DNA of 64,000 bases from Mobula hypostoma (Eukaryota), in the NCBI RefSeq assembly GCF_963921235.1, contig NC_086108.1, positions 5,022,001 through 5,086,000 of the forward strand. The letters are read 5' to 3'. The notes under the pieces are model-generated. The model made no database searches and was not told where the DNA came from. It worked only from the letters and a program-made list of their open reading frames with translations. Numbering within the stretch: position 1 is the first letter of the stretch; each line of letters begins with the position of its first letter. The translations under genes and the position numbers were made by a program. Below are positions 1 to 10,464 of the stretch, piece by piece.

Positions 1-249
1 TGCTTGGTGGGTGGAGGGTGCGGATGCTCTTTTTGCTGAAGTAAGTTGGGGGGGGAGGTTTGACGCTTTGCTGCTGCTTGTGCATGGGAGAGATAATGGG
101 GCTTTGGGGTTCTAATATTTTTATTGTCACTCATTCTTTGAAGTACTCTTCTGTTTTCGTTGATGTAAGCGAAGAACACAAATCTCTGTTTGTACAGTAT
201 ATTGTATACATTCTCTGATATTTAAATAGAACTATTGAACTTAATTGGG

Positions 250-790
250 ACATAGGGAGAGGGTCTCTTTTCTGATTGGTTGCGTGGTGAACTCCTGAAC
301 ATTGTCTGGAATTTTCCCTGCATTGGCTTACAAATGGCATCAAGGTCTACATGTCTGCTTATAGAATTGTATGTAGAAAAACAAGCTTCTAGGAACTCTC
401 TTGCATGCCGTGTGTTTGCTTGTGCCATGACTTCACAGATGCCCAGTCAAATTTCGATCTCCATGGGTCGAGACGAGGGGAGTTGGTCATGTCGGTTTAC
501 AGCCGGGTGATGTTGATGGATCCTTGCGGATAGTTTTCTCACACTTTGGTCGACTCGAGTGATCACATTAGTACTGAGGTCACTCAAGTCGAGTATGATG
601 TTCTCCTAAGGGGTTGTCTATTGGTGAGTCCTCAGGTGGCTGTAGAGCCGATCCGCCATCCATGTATTCTTGCAAAGCGCGGGCATGATAAGGTGGTGAC
701 ACTGTGGTTAGTGACTGGGTCTTTTGGTTGTCCGTCATTCCTTTTGCAGCTGCCCCTTGTTCAAAGGTTCAATGTACATTTATTACCAAG
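250..790 (-). mobile_element. Degenerate Penelope-like element fragment (GIY-YIG endonuclease C-terminus)
   Basis: Minus-strand translation gives RKLSARIHQHHPAVNRHDQL (about 480-540) and AQANTRHAREFLEACFSTYNSISRHVDLDAI (ORF 222..428). This matches the R-x-x-E/Q-H ... REFLEA ... IN pattern of PLE GIY-YIG domains; frameshifted. Boundaries approximate. Confidence 0.75.
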
Positions 791-1324
791 CGTGTAGGCA
801 GTAAACAACCCAGAGATTTGTCTTCCCACAGACAGCCACGAAACAAAGAAACGCAATTCCAAGAATAAATATCAAAACCTCTCCCACACACGCAAAAACA
901 AATTGCACAAACGGCAACAATAAAAACAAGCGAGAAACGCATAATATAAACCACAAAATTGAAAGAGTCCACGCATATTCAGTTCAGCTCAGTGTTTGTT
1001 ATCTACATTCAAAAGCAACAAAAAAAAGGAGTGGCCAAAAACCAGAAACCCACCATAATGTGAACTACAGAGTCCAATCCACAAGCCATGTCAATTAACC
1101 CTTACCTGTGACCCAAGACAGCAGCAAGGGAGAGAAAGACGATTTGAACACAGACACCTTCATCTGCAGGTGGGGGGAAGGACCGTCACACGCAGACTCG
1201 TTTCTCCTGCAGCAGCCAGCAAGAGGCTGGTAGACAGCGCTGAACACCAGCCCATCTTCCACATCCACCTCGATGATTTCAGTCTTCCTTGGTGCTTTAA
1301 TCGGTGTCACAGCAGAGGTCACTC

Positions 1325-1730
1325 ATACGTAGCTTTCCTCTAGATGTATCTACCGAGTGCAATGTCTTCCCAGATTTTAGGTGTAATGTTGAATTTTTTC
1401 AGGCTGATTTTGATGTTATCTTTGAAATGTTTCCTTCACCCACTAGGGTCTCGCTCCCCTTCCTTAACTGGGAGTAAAAGGATCTGTTTGGGGAGACGCA
1501 GGTTAGGCATCCAGATGACATGACCTAGGCATCAGAGTTGATATTGCTTTATTGTGGTGATGTTGTTCATGTTGGCCTCCTCCAGTACACTGGTGTTAGT
1601 GTGCAGGTCCTCCCAGATTATCTTCCAGTAATGTAGGAAGGACAACTGCTCTATAGACCCGAAGCTTCGTTTGCACCTGTAGATCACAGTCTTCAAAGGC
1701 TCTTTTCCTTAATCAAGGCATCCGAACGAA
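1325..1730 (-). mobile_element. RTE-clade LINE ORF2 C-terminal fragment
   Basis: Minus strand reads WEDLHTNTSVLEEANM...QL*CLGHVIWMPNLRLP...KHFKDNIK, resembling the RTE motif 'RWLGHVxRMxxxRLPKQ...KRFKDxLK'; contains stops and frameshifts. Confidence 0.75.
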
Positions 1731-1782
1731 CCACCAACACACTATGCACCTCTCACTTCCCAGCAGCCTTCGTTGTGTAGAA

Positions 1783-1862
1783 CAGGGGTTTCCAGTGTTT
1801 TGTATGCCATACAGCCTTACTATTAACTGAGGAGTCCACCGACCCCAGGTTGGGAACCTTTG
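1783..1862. mobile_element. ~80-bp hAT-type MITE
   Basis: Ends CAGGGGTTTCCA... and ...GGTTGGGAACCTTTG are imperfect Charlie-type TIRs. A related copy lies at about 17009-17083. Confidence 0.65.
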
Positions 1863-1874
1863 GTGCACAGTAGT

Positions 1875-2190
1875 ACATACAAAATGCTGGAGGGACCCGG
1901 CAGGTCAGGCGGCTGCAACAGCTGCAAGCAATAAACGGTTGACATTTTGGACCAAGACCTTCATCAGAACTGGACAGGAAGGGGGAAGAAACTGGAATAT
2001 AACAGGCGGGTAGAGGGGAAGGAGTACAAACTAGAAGGTGGTAGATGAAGCCAGGTGAGTAGGTGAGGGAGAGGCGATGAAGTGAGAAACTTGGACTGTT
2101 TACTCATTTCCACAGATGCTGTCTGGCCTGCTGAGTTCCTCCAGCATTTTGTGTGCATTGCTTTGGATTTCCAGCATCTGCAGAATCTCG
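1875..2190. mobile_element. Fold-back pair of PLE terminal fragments
   Basis: CAAAATGCTGGAGG...CAGGTCAGGC on the left and its reverse complement GCCTGCTGAGTTCCTCCAGCATTTTG on the right. A degenerate hammerhead core lies on the minus strand at about 1937-1972. Confidence 0.7.
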
Positions 2191-2714
2191 TGCTTCAAAT
2201 GTAAACAAGATATTTTTCTGTGTGTCAGTTCTCTCTAACTGTACAAAGTATTATGTTTACAATGGAGTGCAAAATGACACACAAACTATTTGCTTCAACA
2301 GAAAGTAGATTGCATTTGATAACAGTGCTGGGTTGTACAGCATTCCTCTGAATCAGGTGTGCTATATTTATCCCGGCACTCCTTAAAAGACAGAAAACAA
2401 TGGTGGTTCAGAGGATGCTTATTTCACCTGGTGGAAGTCAGAAAACAAAGTGGCACCTACGATCGATTCAGCAATTCCTCCATTAGCTTGTAGAGTCCTG
2501 GGCAGCAACCCAACGTGTTATACAAACAGGTTCTGCAGGAACACATCTGCCCTGTGTTGCCTCGACACACTGTTTTCAAAATAAGCAATACCATCATCCT
2601 CTAAGCAAAAACTTCTGAACAAAATATAACCAACTCCCTAGATTTCATCAGGCTTTGGAAAAACACCACCAGATATGTTTAGTGTTGGGTTTGAACACAC
2701 TTAAACGGTTGTAC

Positions 2715-2900
2715 CCAGGCCATGCTCTTTTCTCGCTGCTGCCATCAGGTAGAAGGCACAAGTGTTACACCACCAGGACTCACACCACCAGGTTCAGCAC
2801 AGTTACAACCCCACAACCCCCAGGCTCTTGAACAAAAGGGGGTAACTTCACTCATTCTATTTCTAGTGTTCCCACAACTGATGGTCTCATTTTGAAGTAT
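2715..2900 (+). mobile_element. Rex1/Babar-type LINE 3' fragment
   Basis: CATGCTCTTTTCTCGCTGCTGCCATCAGGTAGAAGG (HALFSLLPSGRR) followed by 3'UTR sequence shared with 19575-19900. Confidence 0.6.
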
Positions 2901-2902
2901 CT

Positions 2903-3886
2903 TTAACTGGTAGAGCCTCCTTTAGCAGCAATAACCTCCACCAAATGTTTCCTGCAGCTGCTGATCAAACTTGCACAATGGTGAGGAAGAATTTTAGACC
3001 ATTCCTCCATACAAAGCCTATTTCTGGGATGCCTTGCATGAACAGCCCTCTACAAGTCATGGGTTAAGGTCTGGACTCTGACTTTGCCATTCCAAAACAT
3101 GAATTTTCTTTTTTTTTTAAACCATTGTTGTTGATTTACTCTTGTGTTTCAGATCACTGTTTTGTTGCACCATCCACCTTCTATTTAGCTTCAGGTAACA
3201 GACTGCTACCCTGACATTCTCCTGTAAAATGTCTTAATACAATTTTGTAATCATTGATCCCTCAAAGATTACAAGATGTCCAGGCCCTGAGGCAGCAAAG
3301 TAGCTCCAAACCACGATGCTCCTTCCACCGTGCTTCACAGCTGGGATGAGCTTTTCATGTTGGTGTGCAGTGCACTTTTCGTCCAAACATAGCAGTGCGC
3401 TTTTCTATTAAAAAGTTCAACTTTTGACTCATCTGTCCACAGAACTTTGTCTCTGAAGCATTGTGGAACATCCACGTGGACTTTTGCATACTTGAGACAA
3501 TGCAGCAATGTTTTTTTTGGACAGCAGTGGTTTCCTCTGTGGTGTCCTTCCATGAACACCATTCTTGTTCAGTGTTTTTCAATAGTGGACACATGAACAG
3601 AGACTTTAGCAAGTTCTAGAGATTTCTGCAGGTCTTTTGCTGTTACCCTTGGGTTCTTTTTCACCTCCCTCAGCATTGCTCGTTGTGCTCTTTGTGTGAT
3701 CTTTGCTGGCTGCCCACTCCCAGGGAGAGTAGCAACAGTACTGAGATTTCTCCATTTGTAGACAATTTCTCTTCCTGTGGACTGATGAACACCCTCAGGT
3801 TTAGAAATGCTTTTGTAGCCTTTTCCAGCTTCATGCATCTCCACAATTCTTTTATGATCCTCTGAAAGTCGTTTTGACCGAGGCAT
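2903..3886 (-). pseudogene. Tc1/mariner transposase, near full length, frameshifted
   Basis: MPRSKRLSED...AGKGYKSISK (paired-like HTH), KVLWTDESKVELF (first D), VKHGGRSIVVW, LEWQSQSPDLNP, and C-terminal VIAAKGGSTS* with the stop at 2903-2905. The pieces are spread over several frames. Confidence 0.9.
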
Positions 3887-3909
3887 GGTGCACATAAACA
3901 AACCTTCCT

Positions 3910-4320
3910 GACATCCATGTGCATAACTAAATGTCTCCTGAAAGCCTCTAATGTATTGCACCATACCAGGCAGTGCATTCCAGGCACCAACCACTCGGAG
4001 TAAAAAAACTTACCCCTCACATCCTCTTTAAACCTACCTCCTCTCACTTTCAATGCATGCCCTCTGGTATTAAACACTTCTACCCTGGGAAAAAAGATAC
4101 TCTCTGTCTCTCTGTCTACCCTAAAACGTCTATCAGATCTCCCCTCAGTCCCTGCTGTTCCACAGAAAACAACCCAAGTTTATCCAGCCCCTCGTGATAG
4201 CATATGCCCTCTAAACCAGGCAGCATCCTGGTAAACCTCTTCTGCACCCTCTCCAAAGCCTCACCATCATTCCTATAGTGGGGCGACCAGAACTGTACAC
4301 AATACTCCAGATACGGGCTA
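3910..4320 (-). mobile_element. CR1 LINE ORF2 3' fragment
   Basis: YLEYCVQFWSPHYRND...LERVQKRFTRMLPGL...LGLFS...RGDLI and TRGHALKVRGGRF...VRGKFF are characteristic CR1 ORF2 C-terminal motifs. Confidence 0.9.
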
Positions 4321-4439
4321 TAAGAGTTGATAAAATTGGACATATCCTTCTTGAGAGAGTTGATAAAGATATACATAGGGTGGAGATGCGTCTCCACCAG
4401 AGGAGGAACATGTTGCTCCTTCCCTCTGCTGCTTGCTGT

Positions 4440-4700
4440 GCGAGGTGTAGCACCTGCTTAGCCCCCTCTCCCCAGTCAGGGTCACGTGAAGCCATGGGAG
4501 CAGGTGGCGGATGGTCATACAAGCAGCTGGTACATATCACAAGTCCTGGTTATGCGACCACTGATGCCAGGCAGACAATCTCTGAAGAGTATTGATAATG
4601 GGTTGGGGGGGGGGGTCACCCGTCTTGTAAGGACACTGCCCAGAAGGCAATGGCAAACCACTTCTGTAGAAATATTTGCCAAGAACAATCATGGTCATAG
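4440..4700 (+). repeat. Interspersed repeat, copy 1 (resembles an RTE 5' region)
   Basis: Closely similar to 11710-11960 (GGGTCACGTGAAGCCATG...CACAAGTCCTGGTTATG...CTCTGAAGAGTATT...GAAGGCAATGG). GAAGGCAATGGCAAACCACT resembles the BovA/RTE 5' motif. Confidence 0.65.
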
Positions 4701-5160
4701 ATGTAAAGGCCCAAGAGCCCATCTTTTCATTCAAGTGTCTGATAGAAGTGGTCCGTGAGCCCGGTGGTACATGCTTTCAGGGTTTAGTATCTTCAGTCTG
4801 ATGGAAGGGTGGGGGAGAAGAGAGAATGTCCAGTGTGGGTGAGGTCTCAGTTTCCATTAGCTACATTAACAGGTTTGGAAAAAAGCCCAGGTTGCTTTCT
4901 GCTGAATTTCTTCCTTGTTATGCTGGGAACCAAGTTAGTGGAGGCCTCATCTGTCCGGAAAAACCAGGTTCACATCTGTCTAACCTCCTCAACAAAATAC
5001 TTGATTGGGAACTAATATTTTGCCGGGAAAAGGAAGAGGAGCATGCCAAACTAATGTCATCAGCTAACCAACTCATTTGAAATCATATCTAACAGACTTC
5101 CCAACTGGTTTTAATCAGAAATTTAAACAAATACTTAAAATTATTATTTCACTGTGATGT

Positions 5161-5385
5161 ATACTTTGTGGCCACTTTATTAGGTACATCTGCTCGTTAA
5201 TGCAAATGTCTAATCAGCCAATCATGTGACAGCAACTCAATGCATAAAAGCAAGGTCATGAGGTTCAATTGTTTTTCAGACCAACATCACTATAGGGAAC
5301 AAATGTGATCTAAATGACTTTGACAGTGAAATTATTGTTGGTGCACGATGGGGTGTTTGAGTATCTCAGAAACTGTTGATATCTT
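5161..5385 (+). mobile_element. Tc1-like terminal fragment
   Basis: Starts ATACTTTGTGGCCACTTTATTAGGTACA, resembling a fish Tc1 TIR, followed by typical subterminal sequence (CTAATCAGCCAATCATGTG...CAACTCAATGCAT). Confidence 0.55.
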
Positions 5386-5394
5386 AGTATCACA

Positions 5395-6275
5395 AGCACA
5401 ATAAAATCTGAAGATGCTGGAAACCCAAGCAACACACACAAAATGTTGGAGGAACTCAGCAGGCCAGGCAGCCTCTATGGAAAAGAGTAAACAGTTTGAC
5501 ATTTCAGGCCAAGACCCTTCATCAGGATTGGAACAAAAAGATGAGAAGTCGGAGTAAGAGGGTGGGGGGAAGAGGAGGAAGAGTACAAAGTAGTGGACGA
5601 TAGGTGAAACCAGGAGAGGGGGAGTGGTGAAGTAAATAGCTGGGAAGTCGATTAGTGAAAAAAATAAAGGGCTGAAGAAGAGGGAATCTGATAGGAGAGG
5701 AGAGACGGCCATGGAAGAAAGGGAAGGGGAGGAACACCAGAGAGAGGTGGTGGGTAGGTAAGGAGGTAAGGTGAGAGAAGGAAAAGGGGATGGGGAATGG
5801 TGCAGGAGAGGGAGTGGGCCATTACCGGAAGTTTGAGAAATCAATATTCATGCCATCAGGGTCGCCTCACCTCGAAGGTCTGTTCGGGGCCTTGAATGGT
5901 AGCGAGGGGGGAGGTGTAGGGACAGGTATAGCACTTGTTCCGCTTACAAGGATAAATCTCAGGTTGGAAGGACAACACCTTATTTCTTTGCCTGCCCATC
6001 GCCTCCTTCTGGTGCTCCTCTCCCCTTTTCTTTCTTCCATGGCCTCCTGTTCCCTCCCATTGGACTCCCCCTTCTCCAGCCCTGTAGCTCTTTCACCAAT
6101 CAACTTCCCAGCTCTTTACTTTACCAACCCCCCAGCCGCCTCCCAATTTGTGTTTCTCTCCCCCCTCCCCCACCCTTTAAATCCACTTATCGAGTTTTCT
6201 CCAGTCCTGCCAAAGGGTTTTGGCCCGAAACGTCAATTGTACATTTTTTCCATTGATGCTGCCTGGCCTGCTGAG
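5395..6275. mobile_element. Neptune-type Penelope-like element remnant as an inverted (fold-back) pair
   Basis: Minus strand about 5860-5955 gives YPCKRNKCYTCPYTS...TIQGPEQTF (Cys linker preceding GIY-YIG) and about 5822-5860 gives PDGMNIDFSNFR*. Plus strand about 5958-5985 gives LRLEGQHLI. The purine-rich left arm is the reverse complement of the pyrimidine-rich right arm. Confidence 0.8.
5491..5530 (-). ncRNA. Minimal type-I hammerhead ribozyme motif in a PLE end
   Basis: Minus strand CAATC-CTGATGA-A-GGGT-CTTG-GCCT-GAAA-TG-TC-AAACTG has intact CUGAUGA and GAAA core boxes, a 4-bp stem II and a UC cleavage doublet. Stems I and III are decayed. Confidence 0.6.
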
Positions 6276-6276
6276 T

Positions 6277-6635
6277 TAGAAACATAAAACCTACAGCTCA
6301 ATACAGGCCTTTCGGCCCACAATGCTGTGCCGAACATGTACGTACATTAGAAATTACCTAGGGTTACCCAAAGCCCTCTATTTTTCCAAGCTCTTTTAAG
6401 AGACTCTTAAGAGGCCCTATCATATCTGTCTCCACCACCGTCCCTGGCACTCTCTGTGTAAAAAACTTACCCCTGACATCTCCTCTGTACCTACTTTCAA
6501 GCACCTTAAAACTATTCCCTCTCATGTTAGCCATTTCAGCCCTGGGAAAAAGCCTCTGACTATCCTCACGATCAAAGCCTCTCAACTTCTTATACACCTC
6601 CATCAGGTCACCTCTCATCCTCCGCCATTCCAACA
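6277..6635 (-). mobile_element. CR1 LINE 3' end
   Basis: ORF 6364..6636 LEWRRMRGDLMEVYK...RGNSFKV...RGDVRGKFFTQRV, followed by the CR1 3' tail (GGGCCGAAAGGCCTGTATT...TTTATGTTTCTA on the minus strand). Confidence 0.88.
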
Positions 6636-6639
6636 TTTA

Positions 6640-7051
6640 AGAGTATTGTCAACAGTCAATCAAACAGGCCATCATCGTCAGGCAATCCAAAGAACTTCCA
6701 CTGGGACCGGAGAAAATCACATGGAGGGCATTCAAGGATGTTGGTGGAAATTTTCTTGGCAGCTACAGAGCATCATACTATGTACACCTGGTTGACAGCA
6801 TGCTCCAACTATATAAAACCACGAAGTGCAACATGTCACTAAAGATTTATTTTCTGCATTCCTATTTAGACTCCTTCCTTGTAAACCTTGGTACTAGACA
6901 TGGAGAAAGGTTTCACCAGGACATTGCGGTCATGGAGAAACAATATCAGGGCAATTGAAATCCATCAGTGCTGGCTGATTATTGTTGGACACTTAAGCAA
7001 GAAGCCTCAGACACTGAGTACAAATGAAAATCATCAACAAAACATTTTTAG
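6640..7051 (+). pseudogene. Chapaev3-like (CMC superfamily) transposase C-terminal fragment
   Basis: Manual translation: ...GPEKITWRAFKDVGGNFLGSYRASYYVHLVDSMLQLYKTTKCNMSLKIYFLHSYLDSFLVNLGTRHGERFHQDIAVMEKQYQGN*NPSVLADYCWTLK..., with the MSLK ATG at 6833. It has two internal TGA stops, which is why the ORF track misses it. Confidence 0.8.
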
Positions 7052-7299
7052 CTTGTTGAACTGTTGCAAAGCATCAGCACCATTATGCAATTAAACTCAT
7101 TATATTCAATAAAAGTTAATTTCTTGTTTCTCCAAATTCCTAGTAGTCTGAAATTATATTTGTTTTCAGCTTCAAGTGGACTATTGTAAACAAAGAAATT
7201 TTTCTGAAGCAACACTTGAAAAATAACGTTGTCTAGTGTTATTGTAATGAAGAAAAACATAAAGCAAGGATTTTTAGATTTTAAATTTATGGATACACA

Positions 7300-7419
7300 T
7301 GGTTACAGGCCCTTCTGGCCCAACAAGCCCAACTATACACAGGTGTCCAATTAACCTGCTAGGCCCTACATCACTGGACAGTGAGAGTGAATTCAGAGCA
7401 TCCAACTAACCTACTAGGC
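7300..7419 (-). mobile_element. tRNA-derived SINE, 3' half (split by the hAT insertion)
   Basis: ACAGGCCCTTCTGGCCCAACAAG...AATTAACCT is a CR1-like SINE tail in reverse. It continues logically with 9742-9879. Confidence 0.6.
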
Positions 7420-7534
7420 CAGGGTTCCCCAATTAGTTTTCCACAAGGGCCAAATTATGTCAAGCATGCCAAGCCAAGGGCCAAAACGTCCAGGGTTTTT
7501 TTTTATTGCGCCAGTAAGCTGTTTTATGGGCAGA

Positions 7535-7609
7535 TGTTGTTGTTGCTGCTATTACCATTATTATTATTATTATTAGTAGTAGTAGTAGTTGTAGTTGTAG
7601 TAATAATTT
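7535..7609. repeat. Compound trinucleotide microsatellite (TTG/CTG/TTA/TAG) inside the hAT element
   Basis: TGTTGTTGTTGCTGCTATTACCATTATTATTATTATTATTAGTAGTAGTAGTAGTTGTAGTTGTAG read directly. Confidence 0.9.
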
Positions 7610-8041
7610 AGGCCTGGGATTCTCGAAGCATGTGTTGTGGGTCACACAAGAAAAAAAAATGCACTCTTGAAACAAAATAAGTCCAAAACCAACCATTTAA
7701 TTATGACTATGACTCTAGCTATCTCAACTGTCAGCTGTCACATTGAGAACTCATCTGGGACTTATAATACACACACACACACACTGTAAACATGGTAGTC
7801 TTCACCACTTCTCTTCCACACAGAGAACACTTCACCCCCACACAAAGAGTTTTAGTAGTACTGCCTTTTCCACTGTTTCTGTTCTCTCATTTAATCCATT
7901 TGTTCTTTTTAATTAAGCTATGTAGCATTTGAAGAATGAAGTGCAGCTATTAATGAAATTATCAGTATTACTGTTGTTGTAATATTATTATACCACAATA
8001 AGATTGACAAATGGACAAAAATAAATTGATTCACTCACCAA

Positions 8042-9560
8042 TCAGTGAGAGAAGTGACAGCGACGGGATGGGGCAATCCTTCTGATGTCGGGCCTGTATT
8101 CTGTTGTGGCAATCCGGAGGCACTGGCCAAGATGTGCATGGGAGAGTCTGTTTCTGTCCTGCCTTGATAGAGTTCATTGAAGACAACGATGACTCACATA
8201 TGTACGTGGAGGGAACAGTGTGAGTAGGAGCATTGCAATAGCTCTTGTGTTTTTGAATTGAGCTTGGGGAACCACGTAGATCCAAAAGTCACTCACTCCA
8301 ACGTCCTTGTGTTGTGCTTTGAGCAAATCAGATGTTCCCATTTCCAAGACCTCCATCTGAAGAGTTGCCTCATCTATGGAAGGCACCAGCCTTTTGGCCT
8401 CTGCAGTCCACTGGCCGTCAGCCGAAATGGAGAACGGCTGTCTCAGGAAGAGGAGGATGTCACCTGAGAGTTTAGGGGAGCTTTCAAATCATTCCCTGAA
8501 GTTTTTTGCCAGGCTCGTCACGAAGTCCTTCATCACTGGATCCTCCTGCATTTTGTTCTTCTGGCAATGCCCCCGCAGACATGGAAAGTGCAACTTTCTC
8601 CCATGAATGTCTCTCTCCAAAAGGTTCAGCTTTGACCGGAAAGCTTCAATCGCCTCGTACATGTCCGCAACAGTGTGGTTGTTGCCTTGTAATTGCAGAT
8701 TAAGTTGATTTAGATGAGACATGATGTCACACAAAAAAAGAACATGTGCCATCACCTTGTTGTCACTTAAAAACCTCTTAAATCCTTGGGCTTTTTGGCT
8801 CTGCAGGCTGGATAAAAATGACACAAGCTCATGGCGCAGGTCGCACACCCTCTCCAACACACGGCCTTTGCTCAGCCAGTGAACATCATTATGCAGCAAA
8901 AGATCTCTGTGTTCCGCTGACATTTCCTCCAGCAATGCTCCGAAAAGGCAATGTTGCAGACTAGAACTCTCAGGAACGAAATTTACCAGTCTCATCAGTA
9001 TCCATCGCCTCTTCCATTTCCCCACACAGTTTAGCGCACAACACTGATTTGTGAATAATGCAATGAAATGCCAAGAGTGCTGGGTTAACAGTGGCAAACC
9101 TGCTTACCAAGCCCTTGTGTTGTCCCACCATCAACGGAGCCCTATCGGTGACAACGGACACAATTCTGCTCACATCCAAGCCATTCTTCTCGAAGAACTG
9201 TGTCAATGCGTTAAAAATTATTTCCCCAGTTGCGCGCCCAGGCAGAGGAAGCAAACAAAGTAGCTCTTCCTGAAGGTCTTCCCATCAAAAAATCTTGCGA
9301 ACATAGATAGCTCTTCCATATTGGTTCGGTCACAGGACGAGTCTATGGCTAGTGATATGGCTTCTGCTTTCTCCAAGTAGATTGGAAAAACACTCCTCTG
9401 CTAAAACTTCTACTGTTCTTGTTGCTGTGTTAGCCGACAATGGCACCGTCTTTAATAGCTCCACAACCGTTTTCTTGGTTTTCTCATCATGACTTAAAAC
9501 TTCGCCAACCATATCAATTGCACACGTTTTAATCAATTCGGCATCGCGCACTCTACGGGG
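8042..9560 (-). pseudogene. hAT transposase pseudogene (GTF2IRD2/ZBED5-like family)
   Basis: VPLSANTATR, VVTDRAPLMVG...GLV, FHCIIHKSVLCAK, LLLHNDVHWLSKGRVLER, FLCDIMSHLNQLNLQLQG, PSTYICESSLSSMNSIK, C-terminal CHFSH*. Multiple frameshifts; N-terminus missing. Confidence 0.9.
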
Positions 9561-9741
9561 GCGTAGGTCAAGTGTACGGTGTGGGATGAGGTTAAAATCA
9601 ATTAGAGCAGCACACACTTTATTTACACGTTATGACAGGTGCGTTCACGTAAGTGCCAATGGGTCGGCCCGGTCCAGACACTTGGTTCTCGCTGTCCGGA
9701 CCTGGCCCGCGGTCTGCCTGTTGGGGTTGTCTGTACGAGGC

Positions 9742-9879
9742 CCTAGTGAGGGCGAATCCAGAGCACCCAAAGGGAAGCCACGGTCACGGGAAGAACGTCC
9801 AAACTCTTCACAGGCCGCGGCAGGATTTGAACCTGGGCCGCTGACAATGCGCTAACCACTATGCTGTCATGCCACCCCA
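9742..9879 (-). mobile_element. tRNA-derived SINE, 5' half
   Basis: Minus strand GGGTGGCATGACAGCATAGTGGTTAGCGC...CCCAGGTTCAAATCC has A-box and B-box-like Pol III motifs, followed by ...GAGTTTGGACGTTCTTCCCGTGACC. Confidence 0.7.
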
Positions 9880-10464
9880 TGTTTACTGACTTGAGACTGA
9901 AAATCTTCACCAGTAATTAGCACCAAAAGAAAGACTGCATTCATTGTCACTTTGACAGTTATTCATCTGAAATCCCTCCTGTGACATCTTTCAATCAACA
10001 CCACATGCATTGTTTTATTGTTGTTCTTTTAGATAGTAAGCAGTTTAATTAACTCAACATGCCACTTGCAATCACACTCTAGGTTCCTTGGGAAGAAGAT
10101 TAACAATACCCAAATCCGTAGACTTGGAGGATGTCAGCTAAGCACAGCTCAGCACCTGTGAAGCTCCCCAGCGTGCAGCGTCTGTTCAACAGTTGGGTTA
10201 AATCCCCTTTAAATTATAGACTAACAGCAGTGTTGGGCCTTCCCAACTGAGAGAGCAATAGTCATTGTCCTGAAAGAACAAAAATACTGCTGATGCTGGA
10301 AATCTCACCAGCTGACTAACAAGTAATGTGGACCACACACTCTTCTTTTCCTTCACAGCCCATCGCATGATGGATATAGGTCTCAGTCATAGCAACACGG
10401 CTCAGAACTGCGGTCTGCAAACTCTTACTTGGAGCCTTAATGAGAATCTGGTTTAGCATCCCTT

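Larger units (their letters stand above)
7420..9733 (-). mobile_element. hAT (Charlie/Buster/SPIN-type) DNA transposon, internally deleted, with TIRs and TSD
   Basis: Left end CAGGGTTCCCCAA; right end, as reverse complement, CAGACAACCCCAA. Flanked by 8-mers TACTAGGC (7412-7419) and TACGAGGC (9734-9741). Confidence 0.8.

Noticed and set aside
2280..2400. Minus-strand acceptor TTTCTGTCTTTTAAG with short open frames
   Set aside because: No convincing donor or recognisable peptide.
10080..10270. Strong minus-strand acceptor TTTTGTTCTTTCAG followed by ATG
   Set aside because: Reading frames close quickly, and the pyrimidine tract adjoins a repeat fragment.
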